A stretch of 64,000 nucleotides of DNA from Alphaproteobacteria bacterium (GTDB lineage Bacteria; Pseudomonadota; Alphaproteobacteria; UBA11136): contig JADHSZ010000006.1 of NCBI GenBank assembly GCA_016776635.1, positions 10,629 through 74,628 on the forward strand. The letters run 5' to 3'. Position numbers and translations under genes: made by a program. The notes beneath the pieces are model-generated. The model saw only the letters and a list, made by a program, of their open reading frames with translations, was not told where the DNA came from and searched no databases. Below are positions 27,646-37,449 of the stretch, piece after piece (position 1 is the stretch's first letter; every line of letters starts with the position of its first letter).

Positions 27646-28083
27646 TTACAGCGTTTCGTTGACGGACATGGAAACCACTTTTCCGTCTTCGGGCTGTGTC
27701 ACCTTGCCTTTTCTGGAATAGAGATTGGTGTCCCTCTGTTCCTTGGTGGCGGCATTGGCGATAATCTGGATGATGTTGTCGTTAATTTCCTGTGCGGCGC
27801 GGATCCGACGCCCGTTTTCCTGGGCCAGTTCGTTGAAGGCGTGGGTCTTTTCCGTCAATTCCGCCCGCAGCGCGGGGGCTATCTTGGCCAGCCTGTCACG
27901 GTCGCTGATGAGATCCCGCATGAGGTTTTCATAAGCGCTTCCCAGCGCCGACTTTTCCTTCTGAAGTCCCTGAATTTCACCGAGGCGGCGGGCCTTGAGG
28001 ATATCGTTCTCCTGGGCCAGCAAAGCGTTCAGCTGGCCGGTAACGTGGATAAGATCATTGATGATGTTTTTGGGGTCAGTCAT
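27646..28083 (-). CDS. flgN: FlgN-like export chaperone
   Basis: Helical protein between flgJ and flgK; LLAQENDILK...KEK..L..AYE, ENGRRI, C-terminal YSRKG. Confidence 0.65.
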   Translation of the reverse strand: MTDPKNIINDLIHVTGQLNALLAQENDILKARRLGEIQGLQKEKSALGSAYENLMRDLISDRDRLAKIAPALRAELTEKTHAFNELAQENGRRIRAAQEINDNIIQIIANAATKEQRDTNLYSRKGKVTQPEDGKVVSMSVNETL

Positions 28084-28427
28084 TTTCCGGCCTCCTGGAT
28101 TCTGATCATTTCGTTGAGCACGGAATCGGCGAGCCCGATACCTCCGGCCTTGGCCATGACCTTGCCGTATTCGTCGATAAGAAGCGTGCGGAAGACCTTT
28201 TCGCCCTGGCCGCCGCCGAAGAATCCGTCGGTGGACAGGTTCTCGAACATGGGCGCCATCATCTGGGAGATAAAGACGGCCTCGAATTCCTCGGCCTTTT
28301 CCCGTGCGCGTTCGAGGTTAAGCCCATGGACCGGACGGCCGGCATTTTTGGTGCTGACCGAGGCCGCGGCCTTGGCCGGGTCCTTCGCGCTGAGAAGAGC
28401 GCTTGATGTGACCAGATCGTCGTTCAT
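28080..28427 (-). CDS. flgJ: Rod-binding FlgJ (no muramidase domain)
   Basis: AEEFEAVFISQMMAPM...FGGGQGEKVFRTLLIDEYGK...GGIGLAD. Confidence 0.88.
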   Translation of the reverse strand: MNDDLVTSSALLSAKDPAKAAASVSTKNAGRPVHGLNLERAREKAEEFEAVFISQMMAPMFENLSTDGFFGGGQGEKVFRTLLIDEYGKVMAKAGGIGLADSVLNEMIRIQEAGK

Positions 28428-29581
28428 CAGATAATCTCGATGTCTGCGTGGAGGGCGCCCGAGACCTTGATCGCCTGAAGGATGGAGATCATGTCGCGCG
28501 GCCCGATGCCAAGCGAGTTGAGGCTGTTGACCAGTGTCTGCAGGGTGACGCCGGGATTGATCACGGTCATCTTCTTGTCCGAGTTGTCCTCCACGTCGAC
28601 GAGGGTGCGCTCCACCGTGGTCGTAGTGCCGGTGGTGGAGAAGGCGGTGGGCTGCGACACCTGGTCGGCCTCGGTGACGGTGATGGTCAGCGCCCCTTGG
28701 GCGATGGCGACGGGATCGATGCGCACGTTCTGGCCGACGACAATGGTTCCCGTGGCTTCTTCGATGACCACGGTGGCGATGCTGTCGGGGTCCACGCGCA
28801 GTTGTTCGATATCGGTGATCAGGCCGATAAGGTCGCCGGCATGGGTGGCGGGCACCACAAGATTAACCGTTGAGGGGTCGGTGGACCTGGCGGCCGGAGT
28901 CCCGAGATATTCGTTGATGGCCTGGGCGGTACGCCGCGCCGTGGTGAGATCGGGATTGCGCAGGGCGATATTGATGTTGTCCAAAGAGTTGAGGTCGAAA
29001 CCGATTTCCCGCTCGACGATGGCGCCGTTGGGGATGCGTGCCGCCGTGGGCACGCCCTTGGTGATGGTCTCCACATCGCCCGAAGCAACGAAACCACCCA
29101 CAACCAGAGCTCCCTGGGCCACCACATAGACCTCGCCATCGGCGGCGAGGAGTGGCGTCACCAGAAGGGAACCGCCAAGCAAGCTGGAGGCGCTACCCAT
29201 GGTGCTGACGGAGACATCAATTCTGGTGCCCTGGCGCGCAAAAGCCGGCAGTTCGGCGCTGACCATGACGGCGGCGATATTGGCCGCTTCCAGGGAGGAG
29301 ATATCGTCACGGGTGCGCACGCCCAGACGCTCCAGCATGCCCACCAGGCTTTCCTTGGTGAAGATATTCTTGGTCAAATCGTCGCCGGTTCCGTTGAGGC
29401 CCACCACGAGGCCATAGCCCACCAGCTGGTTGGAACGGATACCTTCAAATGTGGCGATGTCCTTGACCCGCGAGGCGGCTTCGGCGGCGCCGGAAAGAAA
29501 AAGAACTGCCGCCATGGCGATGGCGACGAACGAACCGTTGCCGCGGGTTTTCAAAATATCCCTGAGGATGCGCTGCGTCAT
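28427..29581 (-). CDS. flgI: P-ring protein FlgI
   Basis: SRVKDIA..EGIRSNQLVGYGLVVGLNGTGD, ILQAIKVSGALHADIEII; start MTQRIL placed downstream of the sigma54 site. Confidence 0.95.
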   Translation of the reverse strand: MTQRILRDILKTRGNGSFVAIAMAAVLFLSGAAEAASRVKDIATFEGIRSNQLVGYGLVVGLNGTGDDLTKNIFTKESLVGMLERLGVRTRDDISSLEAANIAAVMVSAELPAFARQGTRIDVSVSTMGSASSLLGGSLLVTPLLAADGEVYVVAQGALVVGGFVASGDVETITKGVPTAARIPNGAIVEREIGFDLNSLDNINIALRNPDLTTARRTAQAINEYLGTPAARSTDPSTVNLVVPATHAGDLIGLITDIEQLRVDPDSIATVVIEEATGTIVVGQNVRIDPVAIAQGALTITVTEADQVSQPTAFSTTGTTTTVERTLVDVEDNSDKKMTVINPGVTLQTLVNSLNSLGIGPRDMISILQAIKVSGALHADIEII

Positions 29582-29636
29582 GACACTATTTCCGTACGGA
29601 GTGAGTTCACTAAAACTTTTGGCCTGCAATGGGTTA

Positions 29637-29762
29637 GCGAAAGCCGTGCCAACCATCACATTCACGGCAAGGCATTGAAAATAAATAAGATTCTCCATGA
29701 ATGAAGGGGGGTGGTGGGGAAATTCAGGCATGGTGCGTAGCGCACCCGGCAAAGTTTGCCGG
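29637..29762 (-). promoter_or_regulatory. flgI promoter: sigma54 site, IHF-like site and palindromic ftr enhancer
   Basis: TGGCAC-GGCTT-TCGC (29637-29651, minus); TTTCAATGCCTTG (29668-29680, minus); CCGGCAAA-G-TTTGCCGG (29746-29762). Confidence 0.8.
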
Positions 29763-29932
29763 TCTTTACTTGCCGCGTGGGACGGGGCATTACGGGGAGG
29801 TGGCCCGAGAAATCTTAACGGTGCGGAGGCCGCCGGAACCTGCTAGGATGATCATATGAAACGACTCTTGTGCCTTGGTTCGGAGGGATCGCTGTTTTCT
29901 CCGTTTCCGGACCCAGCCTGTGGACCGAAAAG

Positions 29933-30352
29933 ATGAAAATTGACCCAACCGGGCCCGCGGGTCCCAAGGCCATAAGCAAGAGCAAGAAGGCGGGTAAAAC
30001 CCGATCCGGTGACTTTTCCAAGGCCTTGTCAGAGGGCACTTCCGAGGCTTCGCCCGTCAGTGGCACCACGCCCATAAACCCTGCTGATTCCGTTCTTGCC
30101 CTGCAACAGGTGGAAAGCGTCGATCCCGAGGAACGTAAAGCCAGGGAGCGCGCCGAAACCACTCTCGACCAACTGGACCAGGTCCGCCTTGCGCTGTTGA
30201 CCGGCTCCATGAGCCGGCAATCCCTGCAACAATTATCGCATCTTGTCCGGGTCCAGAGGGAACAGTTCGACAACCCCCGGCTGGCCGAAGTTCTCGACGA
30301 GATCGAATTACGGGCCGAGGTTGAACTGGCGAAATACGCCGCCGCCCGGTGA
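29933..30352 (+). CDS. fliX: Flagellar assembly regulator FliX (FlbD partner)
   Basis: Divergent from flgI; VLALQQV, LDQLDQVRLALLTG, LAEVLDEIELRAEVELAK. Confidence 0.88.
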   Translation: MKIDPTGPAGPKAISKSKKAGKTRSGDFSKALSEGTSEASPVSGTTPINPADSVLALQQVESVDPEERKARERAETTLDQLDQVRLALLTGSMSRQSLQQLSHLVRVQREQFDNPRLAEVLDEIELRAEVELAKYAAAR

Positions 30353-30604
30353 TTCTTCCAGATGTCTGTCCGTAGGTATGTCCGCGGGTATATCCGGGGG
30401 TGAGGGCGTAAAACCCAAAGAAATAGTCATTACCGGCATCTTCAGGGGCCCCCTTTCCGGGGCCTTTGATTTTCCCCTGAATTTTTCTCTCAATTTTTTC
30501 GTGAAAAATTCTTTTCCCTGTGATGAACGTCACTGTTGAGGCCGGGCCAAGAGATACATATACTCCGCCACCAAAATTAACCTTGGTAAAGCAAGAGGCC
30601 ATTA

Positions 30605-31021
30605 ATGCGACCACTGCTTCCGCCCGATTATCGGCCCATGGAAAAAGAAGCTTTTATGAGTTCCATGCAGCTTGAGTATTTTCGCCAGAAACTGGAGCGC
30701 TGGCGGGAGGAATTGCTCGTGGAATCGAACGAAACCCTTCAGCATCTCCAGGAAGATAGCCCCCAGGAGCCGGATATCGCCGACCGTGCATCGCTTGAAA
30801 CCGACCGTGCCCTCGAGCTTCGCACCCGCGACCGGGAGCGCAAACTGATCACCAAGATCAATGAGGCACTGGAGCGCATCGAGAACAAGTCCTACGGCTT
30901 CTGCGAGGAAACCAGCGAACCCATCAGCCTGCGCAGGCTCGAGGCGCGGCCCATCGCCACCCTCAGTATCGAAGCCCAGGAACGCCACGAACGGATGGAA
31001 AAAACCCATCGCGACGACTGA
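30605..31021 (+). CDS. dksA: RNA polymerase-binding factor DksA
   Basis: FMSSMQLEYFRQKL, PDIADRASLETDRALELRTRDRERKLI, YGFCEETSEPISLRRLEARPIATL. Confidence 0.95.
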   Translation: MRPLLPPDYRPMEKEAFMSSMQLEYFRQKLERWREELLVESNETLQHLQEDSPQEPDIADRASLETDRALELRTRDRERKLITKINEALERIENKSYGFCEETSEPISLRRLEARPIATLSIEAQERHERMEKTHRDD

Positions 31022-31046
31022 TCTGTTTTTCGTGAACATCTAAGTG

Positions 31047-31081
31047 AAAAAGGCCGATGCACTTTCGTGCATCGGCCTTTT
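31047..31081. terminator. Bidirectional terminator between dksA and flgH
   Basis: AAAAAGGCCGATGCAC-TTTC-GTGCATCGGCCTTTT. Confidence 0.9.
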
Positions 31082-31140
31082 AGTCTGCCTGCCTGGGAAG
31101 GATAGCAGGAGGGCAGACGGTCCTGGAGGCCTGATCCGCT

Positions 31141-31998
31141 CTAGAAGGGCAGGATCACGTCCATGATCTGCGAGCCGTAGCGCGGCTGTTGCACATCCAT
31201 GAGCTGTCCCTCGCCGCCATAGGTAATTCGTGCCTCGGCGATCTGGTCGTAATTGACGGTGTTGGTCTTGGTGATGTCTTCGCGGCGAATGATGCCGTCC
31301 ACCTGGAGAATCCTGACATCGAAATTGACGCTGACCTCCTGGCTGGCGGTGATCACCATATTACCGTTGGGCAGGACCTGTGAGACGAGACCCGCCAGCT
31401 TCAGGTTGATGGTGTCAGAGCGGGTAACGCTTCCCAGTCCCACATTGGAAAGATTGCTGGCGGTATTGAAGAACTGCTGGCCGAGATCGTTGTCGGAAAC
31501 GCCGACGTCGAAATCACCACCGCCGGTGCCCGTCACGTTGTTGGTGTTGCCGAAGATGGATTCGGGTAGAACCTTGGCGAGCATGGCGGGATCCTGGTAG
31601 CCGAACAGGCCGGTGAGCGACATGTCATCCGAGTTGGCGCGGGTCCGTGTGGTGGTGTTGGAGAGGGTGGCGCTGTCGGCGATGGTAATGATGACCGAGA
31701 TCAGATCGCCCACATCCCGGGCCCGGGTATCCTTGAAGAAGGTCTTGGCGCCCGTCCGCCACAGTGAATTGGGATTGTGCATGACCGGCTGTGGCGCCGG
31801 CATGGGCATGGTGACGGGTTCATAATCGGGCTCCAGGACCGGATTGGCGATGGCCGAGACCTCGGGCGCGCTGCCGATATCAGACAGGCGCGAGAACATG
31901 TTGCAGGCCGAGAGGGCGAGCGCGGCAACAAGGATGACCGAAACCCGGCCGAGATGTCGCAGCGGCGTGCGTGCGGATGTGTGTAAAAGCGGCTTCAT
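31141..31998 (-). CDS. flgH: L-ring lipoprotein FlgH
   Basis: Lipobox LSAC, NSLWRTG..FFKDTRARDVGD, VLPNGNMVI, IAEARITYGGEG, QQPRYG..DVILPF. Confidence 0.95.
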   Translation of the reverse strand: MKPLLHTSARTPLRHLGRVSVILVAALALSACNMFSRLSDIGSAPEVSAIANPVLEPDYEPVTMPMPAPQPVMHNPNSLWRTGAKTFFKDTRARDVGDLISVIITIADSATLSNTTTRTRANSDDMSLTGLFGYQDPAMLAKVLPESIFGNTNNVTGTGGGDFDVGVSDNDLGQQFFNTASNLSNVGLGSVTRSDTINLKLAGLVSQVLPNGNMVITASQEVSVNFDVRILQVDGIIRREDITKTNTVNYDQIAEARITYGGEGQLMDVQQPRYGSQIMDVILPF

Positions 31999-32026
31999 TT
32001 TGTTTTCCTTCCTAACGAATCCTGGC

Positions 32027-33061
32027 CTAACGGGCCCAGGCCTGCTGGGCCGCGGGGTTGCCGCTGCCATCGGCCGGCACCTGAACGGTGTTGGAGTTCA
32101 GGATGATGGCGTCAATGACTCGCTGGCTTTTGGTGTTCATGATTCTCACTGTGTCGCCCAGGCTGCCTTCCTCTTCGGCGCGGCCCTTCATGGAAATGGT
32201 CATGTTGGGCACCTTGAGCAGAATCCTCACCGAGGCGTTCTTCTTGATCATGACGGGCCGTCTGAGGTCGCCGTCGCGCAAGGGAATTCCCGGACGGAAC
32301 CAGCGCCGCGGCGTCATCCCGACGATCTGTTCCGGCCTGGTAAGGGTGTTGTCCTGGACATCGCGCGAGCGTGCCTTGATCCAGTTGATATCACCCTTGG
32401 CGATGGTTTCGCCCGGTTTGACCTGGTGCCGCAGAACCGGAATTTTCGCGACCTCGTAAATGCGTCCCGTGGCGCGTTCCGACTTGGCGTCGGGGGTTAT
32501 GATAGTGGCGGTGAAGCGCCCCATGCGATCATCAATCACGAGATTGTTCACGCTCAGCCGCACGTCGGCGGTAACCGGGACATGGAACTTCAGATTGCGG
32601 TTGTCGAGCTCGATCTCGAATGACTTGCCATCTTTTTCCTTGGCGATGGCCGCGAGCAGGGCCGCCTTGATATCGGAAAAAAGGATGGTCTGGCTGGCGC
32701 GCTCCACCACGGCATGGTCGTAGGCGCCCATGGGCTTCCATGACAGATTGTGGCTGCGGGCGATAGTGGTGAGCCACTTGGCGTCATAGATCGCCTTGCG
32801 GCCCAGCGTCGGCGCCGGAGCCACCACCACATGGCTGTTTTTTCCCACGTTTTCGAACAGGTCGCCGAGACGGATAACCTTGCCGTCAACCACCGGATTA
32901 GGGTTAAGGACCACGTTGGGTTTCATGACCGTGCCTGAGTCCAGGAACTGTGGCGCGTCGGGAAGCAATGTCCCGGCCCGGGCCGTGCCCATCCACAGGA
33001 ATGCCGTGCACAGAAAGACGGTGGCGACGGCCAGGGCAAGGTAAGCTGTGGATTTCATCAT
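32027..33061 (-). CDS. flgA: P-ring chaperone FlgA
   Basis: Signal peptide, IRLGDLF, SAF-like domain, GRAEEEGSLGDTVRIMNTKSQRVI; between flgG and flgH. Confidence 0.88.
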   Translation of the reverse strand: MMKSTAYLALAVATVFLCTAFLWMGTARAGTLLPDAPQFLDSGTVMKPNVVLNPNPVVDGKVIRLGDLFENVGKNSHVVVAPAPTLGRKAIYDAKWLTTIARSHNLSWKPMGAYDHAVVERASQTILFSDIKAALLAAIAKEKDGKSFEIELDNRNLKFHVPVTADVRLSVNNLVIDDRMGRFTATIITPDAKSERATGRIYEVAKIPVLRHQVKPGETIAKGDINWIKARSRDVQDNTLTRPEQIVGMTPRRWFRPGIPLRDGDLRRPVMIKKNASVRILLKVPNMTISMKGRAEEEGSLGDTVRIMNTKSQRVIDAIILNSNTVQVPADGSGNPAAQQAWAR

Positions 33062-33092
33062 CCTATCCTCTCACTCTATTCCCTCACGGGGC

Positions 33093-33878
33093 CTAGCGGA
33101 CGTTGTTGGCGGTTTGCAGCATCTGATCGGATGTCTCAATGACCTTGGAGTTCATCTCATAGGCGCGCTGGGCGGTGATGAGATTGGTGATCTCGGTGAC
33201 CACGTCCACGTTGGAGGTCTCAAGGAAGCCCTGAAGAAGGGTGCCGAAACCGGTGGTGCCGGCATTGCCCGTGGTGGGCGATCCCGAGGCCGGGGTTTCC
33301 TTGAACAGGTTCTGCCCCATCGCTACCAGACCCACTTCGTTGGGGAAGGAGGCCAGGGTAATCTGGCCGGCGATGGTGGGGGTGTTGGAATTGGGAACCG
33401 TGACCTGAACCTGGCCGCTGGTGTTGACGGTGACTTCCAGCGCGTTGCTGGGGATGGAGATAGTCGGGGTCAGGTTGAAGCCATCGGCGGTGACCATCTG
33501 GCCGTCGGCGCTGAGCTGGAACGAGCCGGCGCGGGTATAGGCGGTTTCGCCGCTGGGCATGGTGATCTGGAAATAGCCCTTGCCCTGGATCGCCAGGTCG
33601 AGGGGATTTTCCGTCAGTTCCAGATTGCCCTGTTCACTAATGCGGTAGACGGCGGCGGGGCGGACGCCCAGGCCAAGCTGGATGCCGGCCGGAACAATGG
33701 TGCCGGTATCCGATGACGTGGAACCCACACGGCGCTGGTTCTGATACAGCAGATCCTGGAATTCAGTCCGCTGGCGCTTGAAGGCGGTGGTGTTCATATT
33801 GGCGATATTATTGGCAATCACCTCCACATTAAGCTGTTGGGATGACATTCCGGTGGCGGCGATACTTAAAGCTCTCAT
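33093..33878 (-). CDS. flgG: Distal rod protein FlgG
   Basis: MRALSIAATGM..QQLNVEVIANNIANMNT, FQDLLYQ, LETSNVDVVTEITNLITAQRAYEMNSK. Confidence 0.97.
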   Translation of the reverse strand: MRALSIAATGMSSQQLNVEVIANNIANMNTTAFKRQRTEFQDLLYQNQRRVGSTSSDTGTIVPAGIQLGLGVRPAAVYRISEQGNLELTENPLDLAIQGKGYFQITMPSGETAYTRAGSFQLSADGQMVTADGFNLTPTISIPSNALEVTVNTSGQVQVTVPNSNTPTIAGQITLASFPNEVGLVAMGQNLFKETPASGSPTTGNAGTTGFGTLLQGFLETSNVDVVTEITNLITAQRAYEMNSKVIETSDQMLQTANNVR

Positions 33879-33964
33879 GGTTCTCTTCCTTCCGTCCTGT
33901 CTCTTTAAAATCGGTGAATCTGATTCTGTGGTTACGGGTTTATCTGCGAGTTACGGTTTCTGAC

Positions 33965-34711
33965 TCAGACCTGGCGTGTAAGCTTGTCCACGGCGTCCCG
34001 TTCCAGCTGATGTTCGGTTTCGGACAGCTTGGCAATGGATTCGTAGGCGCGGTGGACCTGAATCATCCGGGTCATCTGAAGGATGGGCTGGACGTTGGAT
34101 TCCTCGAACATGCCCTGGAGAAGCTCTACATCCTCGACCGCATTGGGCCGCTGGTTGGTCCTGTAGAGACCGTTTCCGATCTTCTCCATGTTCTGCAGGT
34201 TGTCGAATGTCACCACCTCCAGGGTGCCGATCAGTCCCTCTTCGTTGAGGGGGCTGTTATCGCCGCCCAGCCGTTCGATGGAAACCGTGCCATCGGTGGC
34301 GATGGAGACCTTGCTGGCATCGGGCGGGATGACTCCACCGCCTTGGATAACCAGGCCGCCATTGGTGACGAGACGCCCGGTGGCGTCCAGGGTCATGCGG
34401 CCGTTGCGGGTGTAGAGGGGGCCGTTGGGGCCGTCCACCACCAGGAATCCCTCACCGGATATGGCCACGTCGAGGTCGCTGCCGGTCTCGGTGAAGGGGC
34501 CTTGGTCCATGTTGCGGAATTCGGCGATGTCTTCCACATAGTGCAGCTTCTTGCCCTCGTCATTGGTGATGAGGTGCTGGATGAACATCAGGGATTCGCT
34601 CTTGTAGGAAGGCGTCTGCGAATTGGCGATGTTATTGGCGACGGTATCCATCTGCCGGCGCAGAACCATCTGCCGTGACAAGGCGATTGCTGATGCATTT
34701 TCTAAGGCCAT
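33965..34711 (-). CDS. flgF: Proximal rod protein FlgF
   Basis: ALSRQMVLRRQMDTVANNIAN, LDVAISGEGF, YTRNG, EESNVQPI..MTRMIQVHRAYE; start MALEN downstream of the sigma54 site. Confidence 0.92.
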   Translation of the reverse strand: MALENASAIALSRQMVLRRQMDTVANNIANSQTPSYKSESLMFIQHLITNDEGKKLHYVEDIAEFRNMDQGPFTETGSDLDVAISGEGFLVVDGPNGPLYTRNGRMTLDATGRLVTNGGLVIQGGGVIPPDASKVSIATDGTVSIERLGGDNSPLNEEGLIGTLEVVTFDNLQNMEKIGNGLYRTNQRPNAVEDVELLQGMFEESNVQPILQMTRMIQVHRAYESIAKLSETEHQLERDAVDKLTRQV

Positions 34712-34766
34712 GATGGTTTCCCACGCAAAATGATATGCAAAATGACAAAAATTCATGCCTCCATCT

Positions 34767-34882
34767 GCATATGGCATGCCAAAAATAAAATCTAATTAAA
34801 TCAATATATTAGAGGGATGTTGAGAGCGGGCGCCGGGCGCTGGGAAGGGTTTTCGGCAGGGTTTGCCGGGCATATCTTGCCT
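34767..34882 (-). promoter_or_regulatory. flgF promoter: sigma54 site, IHF site and two ftr enhancers
   Basis: TGGCAT-GCCAT-ATGC (34767-34781, minus); AATCAATATATTA matches WATCAANNNNTTR (34799-34811); CGGCA-GGGTT-TGCCG (34854) and GGGCA-TATCT-TGCCT (34868). Confidence 0.75.
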
Positions 34883-35050
34883 TGGGGCGGCAAAGCTTTC
34901 TGATAGGGCCGCGGGGCCGTGATCCAGCCCTTGCAAACCCTTGCTCAGGGGCGCAGATTAGGAAGGAGAAAGATGAAATTGTGAATTGGGGCCGGCGGGG
35001 CCCGTGGCGATGGCGACTATGATTTCTTTACCGGATTTTTCAACTTATCG

Positions 35051-35065
35051 TTAATGTTAGATAAA
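35051..35065 (+). promoter_or_regulatory. Near-consensus CtrA box upstream of fliL
   Basis: TTAA-TGTTAGA-TAAA (7-bp spacer, one mismatch) in an AT-rich intergenic region. Confidence 0.45.
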
Positions 35066-35186
35066 TTATTCATGTATACTGTGCGCTGGCAATCCGTCCC
35101 CGAGCTTTAATCGTGGGAAGTCGATTGTGGCGTGGATTCCCGTATTCGCGCTCTGGTGTTTTACGAGTTTAGTTTAAGGTAAGGCC

Positions 35187-35756
35187 ATGGCTGACGAAGA
35201 CGACGAAGAAGATTACGAAGACGACGACGAAGACGGCGAAGACGATGATGAAGAAGGAGAAGGCGGAAAGGGCGGCTTAAGTGGGAAGCAAACCGTCCTT
35301 TTTGTGGCGCTTCCCGTCGCTCTTCTCATCGGAATCGGAGCCTGGCTGTTCATCAGTGGTGTTTTTAGCGGTGGAGACGGAGATGAGGCCGCCGACGGGA
35401 CCGTTGCCGAAGACGGGTCCGAGGCCGGTGGTGAGGGTGCTGCGCCAGGGGCGGCGGCGTTTTATGAGATGCCTGAGCTCTTGGTAAACCTTAATACCAC
35501 GGGCCGCAGGTCGAGCTTTTTGAAGATCAAGGTCAGCCTGGAACTGGCCAGTCAGGCGGAAGTTGCCAAGCTTGAGGTGGTCATGCCTCGTGTAGTGGAT
35601 AATTTTCAGGTCTATCTCCGCGAATTGCGGGCCGAGGACCTGCGCGGTTCGGCGGGTATTCACCGCCTTCGCGAAGAACTTCTGGCCCGGGTCAAGGTCG
35701 CCGCCCAGCCAGCCGTGGTTAATGATGTTCTCTTTAAGGAAATTCTTGTCCAGTAA
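35187..35756 (+). CDS. fliL: Basal-body-associated protein FliL
   Basis: Acidic N-terminus, one TM helix, MPELLVNL, FLKIKVSLEL, PRVVDNFQVYLRELR..DLRGSAG, VLFKEILVQ. Confidence 0.94.
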   Translation: MADEDDEEDYEDDDEDGEDDDEEGEGGKGGLSGKQTVLFVALPVALLIGIGAWLFISGVFSGGDGDEAADGTVAEDGSEAGGEGAAPGAAAFYEMPELLVNLNTTGRRSSFLKIKVSLELASQAEVAKLEVVMPRVVDNFQVYLRELRAEDLRGSAGIHRLREELLARVKVAAQPAVVNDVLFKEILVQ

Positions 35757-35767
35757 GGGACGCTGAC

Positions 35768-37009
35768 ATGTCGGATGCGAGTGAAGAGGTCGCCGAGGCA
35801 ACGGAAGCCGAGGAAGCCGCCAATTCAGGAGAGATGAGCGAGGACGAGCGCCTCGCCGCCGAATGGGCCGCCGCGGAAGGTGAGGACGGTGGTGAGGGCG
35901 GCGACGGCGGCGACGGCATGAGCGAAGAGGAACGCGCCGCCGCCGAGTGGGAGTCCATGGCCGACGAGGAAGGGGCCGAAGGGGCTGAAGGGGCTGAAGG
36001 AGGCGGGGGAGAGGTGCCCGGCCAGGCGACCCGTGTCCTCGATCAGGACGAAATCGACAGCCTTCTTGGCTTTGGCGACGATGATGGCGGCGGTGAGACC
36101 ACCGGCGTCATGGCCATCATCAACAGCGCGCTTGTCTCCTACGAACGCCTGCCCATGCTCGAGGTGGTCTTCGATCGCCTGGTGCGCATGTTGTCCACCA
36201 GCCTGCGTAATTTCACCTCCGACAACGTGGAAGTCTCCCTCGATAACATCACTTCCGTGCGTTTTGGGGATTACCTCAACAGCATCCCCTTACCCGCCAT
36301 GCTGTCGGTGTTTATCGCCGAGGAATGGGACAATTACGGCCTGGTGACCGTTGACAGTTCCCTGATCTACTCGATCGTCGACGTTCTGCTCGGCGGGCGG
36401 CGGGGCACCGCGCCCATGCGTATCGAGGGCCGCCCCTATACCACCATCGAACGCACCTTGGTGAGCCGCCTGATCCAGGTCTTTCTTTCCGATCTGAGTT
36501 CGGCTTTCGATCCCTTGAGTCCCGTCATCTTCCGCTCTGAACGTCTCGAGACCAACCCCCGCTTCGCCACTATTGCCCGTCCCGCCAATGCCGCCATTTT
36601 GACCCGGCTGCGTATCGACATGGAAGACCGCGGCGGCAAGCTCGATCTCCTGCTTCCCTACGCCACCCTGGAGCCGGTTCGTGAGCTGTTGCTGCAGATG
36701 TTCATGGGTGAGAAATTCGGCCGCGATTCGATCTGGGAAAACCATCTCGCCAAGGAGCTGTGGTCCACGGATGTGGCTATAGATGCCGTGCTGGACCGCG
36801 TTCCCATGAGTCTGGGGAGTGTTCTCAACCTCAAGATCGGCGACCATATTCCCCTTAATGTCACCGATGATTCGGACATTGAAATGACCTGCGGGGAGCG
36901 GGTTCTGTTCCTTGGGAAAATGGGGCGCAAGGGCCGTAATATCGCCGTGCGTCTGTTCGAGGAAGTGGGGCCAAAGGTGGATGAATTCGCCGAGGAAGAG
37001 TTGGGATGA
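35768..37009 (+). CDS. fliM: Motor switch protein FliM
   Basis: RVLDQDEIDSLL, YERLPMLEVVFDRLVR, EGRPYTTIE, ETNPRFA, C-terminal SpoA domain. Confidence 0.96.
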   Translation: MSDASEEVAEATEAEEAANSGEMSEDERLAAEWAAAEGEDGGEGGDGGDGMSEEERAAAEWESMADEEGAEGAEGAEGGGGEVPGQATRVLDQDEIDSLLGFGDDDGGGETTGVMAIINSALVSYERLPMLEVVFDRLVRMLSTSLRNFTSDNVEVSLDNITSVRFGDYLNSIPLPAMLSVFIAEEWDNYGLVTVDSSLIYSIVDVLLGGRRGTAPMRIEGRPYTTIERTLVSRLIQVFLSDLSSAFDPLSPVIFRSERLETNPRFATIARPANAAILTRLRIDMEDRGGKLDLLLPYATLEPVRELLLQMFMGEKFGRDSIWENHLAKELWSTDVAIDAVLDRVPMSLGSVLNLKIGDHIPLNVTDDSDIEMTCGERVLFLGKMGRKGRNIAVRLFEEVGPKVDEFAEEELG

Positions 37010-37449
37010 TTGCTCTTTTCACCGATGGTATGATCGCAATTCTTCTTGTTGTCACAATAGTTTATTGCATTATCTTAAGTAAACGTCTTAATTCATTCCG
37101 GCGCAATGAGGCCGAGTTTCAAAGCCTCGTTTCCAGCTTCAACCAAGCCACGGCCCGTGCCGAGGACAGCATTATCGCCCTGCGCGAAACCGCCGAACAC
37201 ATCCGTGGCAATCTGCACATGGAAGTCGAAGACGCCAAGACTCTCTACGAGGATCTCACCTTCATCATCGAGAGGGGGGATAGCTTGGCCAATCGTCTGG
37301 GCGGCGTGTCTTCGTCTTCGGGAGAGACGGTGGCCGATGCCTCCGAAGCGGGAGGCGATGAAGACAACTCCGAGGCTGACGACATTGAATCCTCCGTGCG
37401 TTCCAGAGCCGAGAAAGAATTGATCAAGACCCTGAATGCCTCTCGTTGA
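37006..37449 (+). CDS. DUF6468-like membrane-anchored coiled-coil protein
   Basis: N-terminal TM (LLVVTIVYCIILSKRL), FNQATARAE..I, DLTFIIERGDSLANRL, SRAEKEL; follows fliM. Confidence 0.65.
   Translation: MIALFTDGMIAILLVVTIVYCIILSKRLNSFRRNEAEFQSLVSSFNQATARAEDSIIALRETAEHIRGNLHMEVEDAKTLYEDLTFIIERGDSLANRLGGVSSSSGETVADASEAGGDEDNSEADDIESSVRSRAEKELIKTLNASR

Noticed and set aside
28080-28427. FlgJ without a muramidase domain as a truncation
   Set aside because: Single-domain FlgJ is normal in Alphaproteobacteria
18063-29678. Many plus-strand ORFs rich in V/M/S/P opposite the flagellar genes
   Set aside because: Antisense shadows typical of GC-rich coding DNA; no recognisable motifs
30605-31021. 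DksA with only one Cys (no zinc finger)
   Set aside because: Zinc-less DksA is established for alphaproteobacteria
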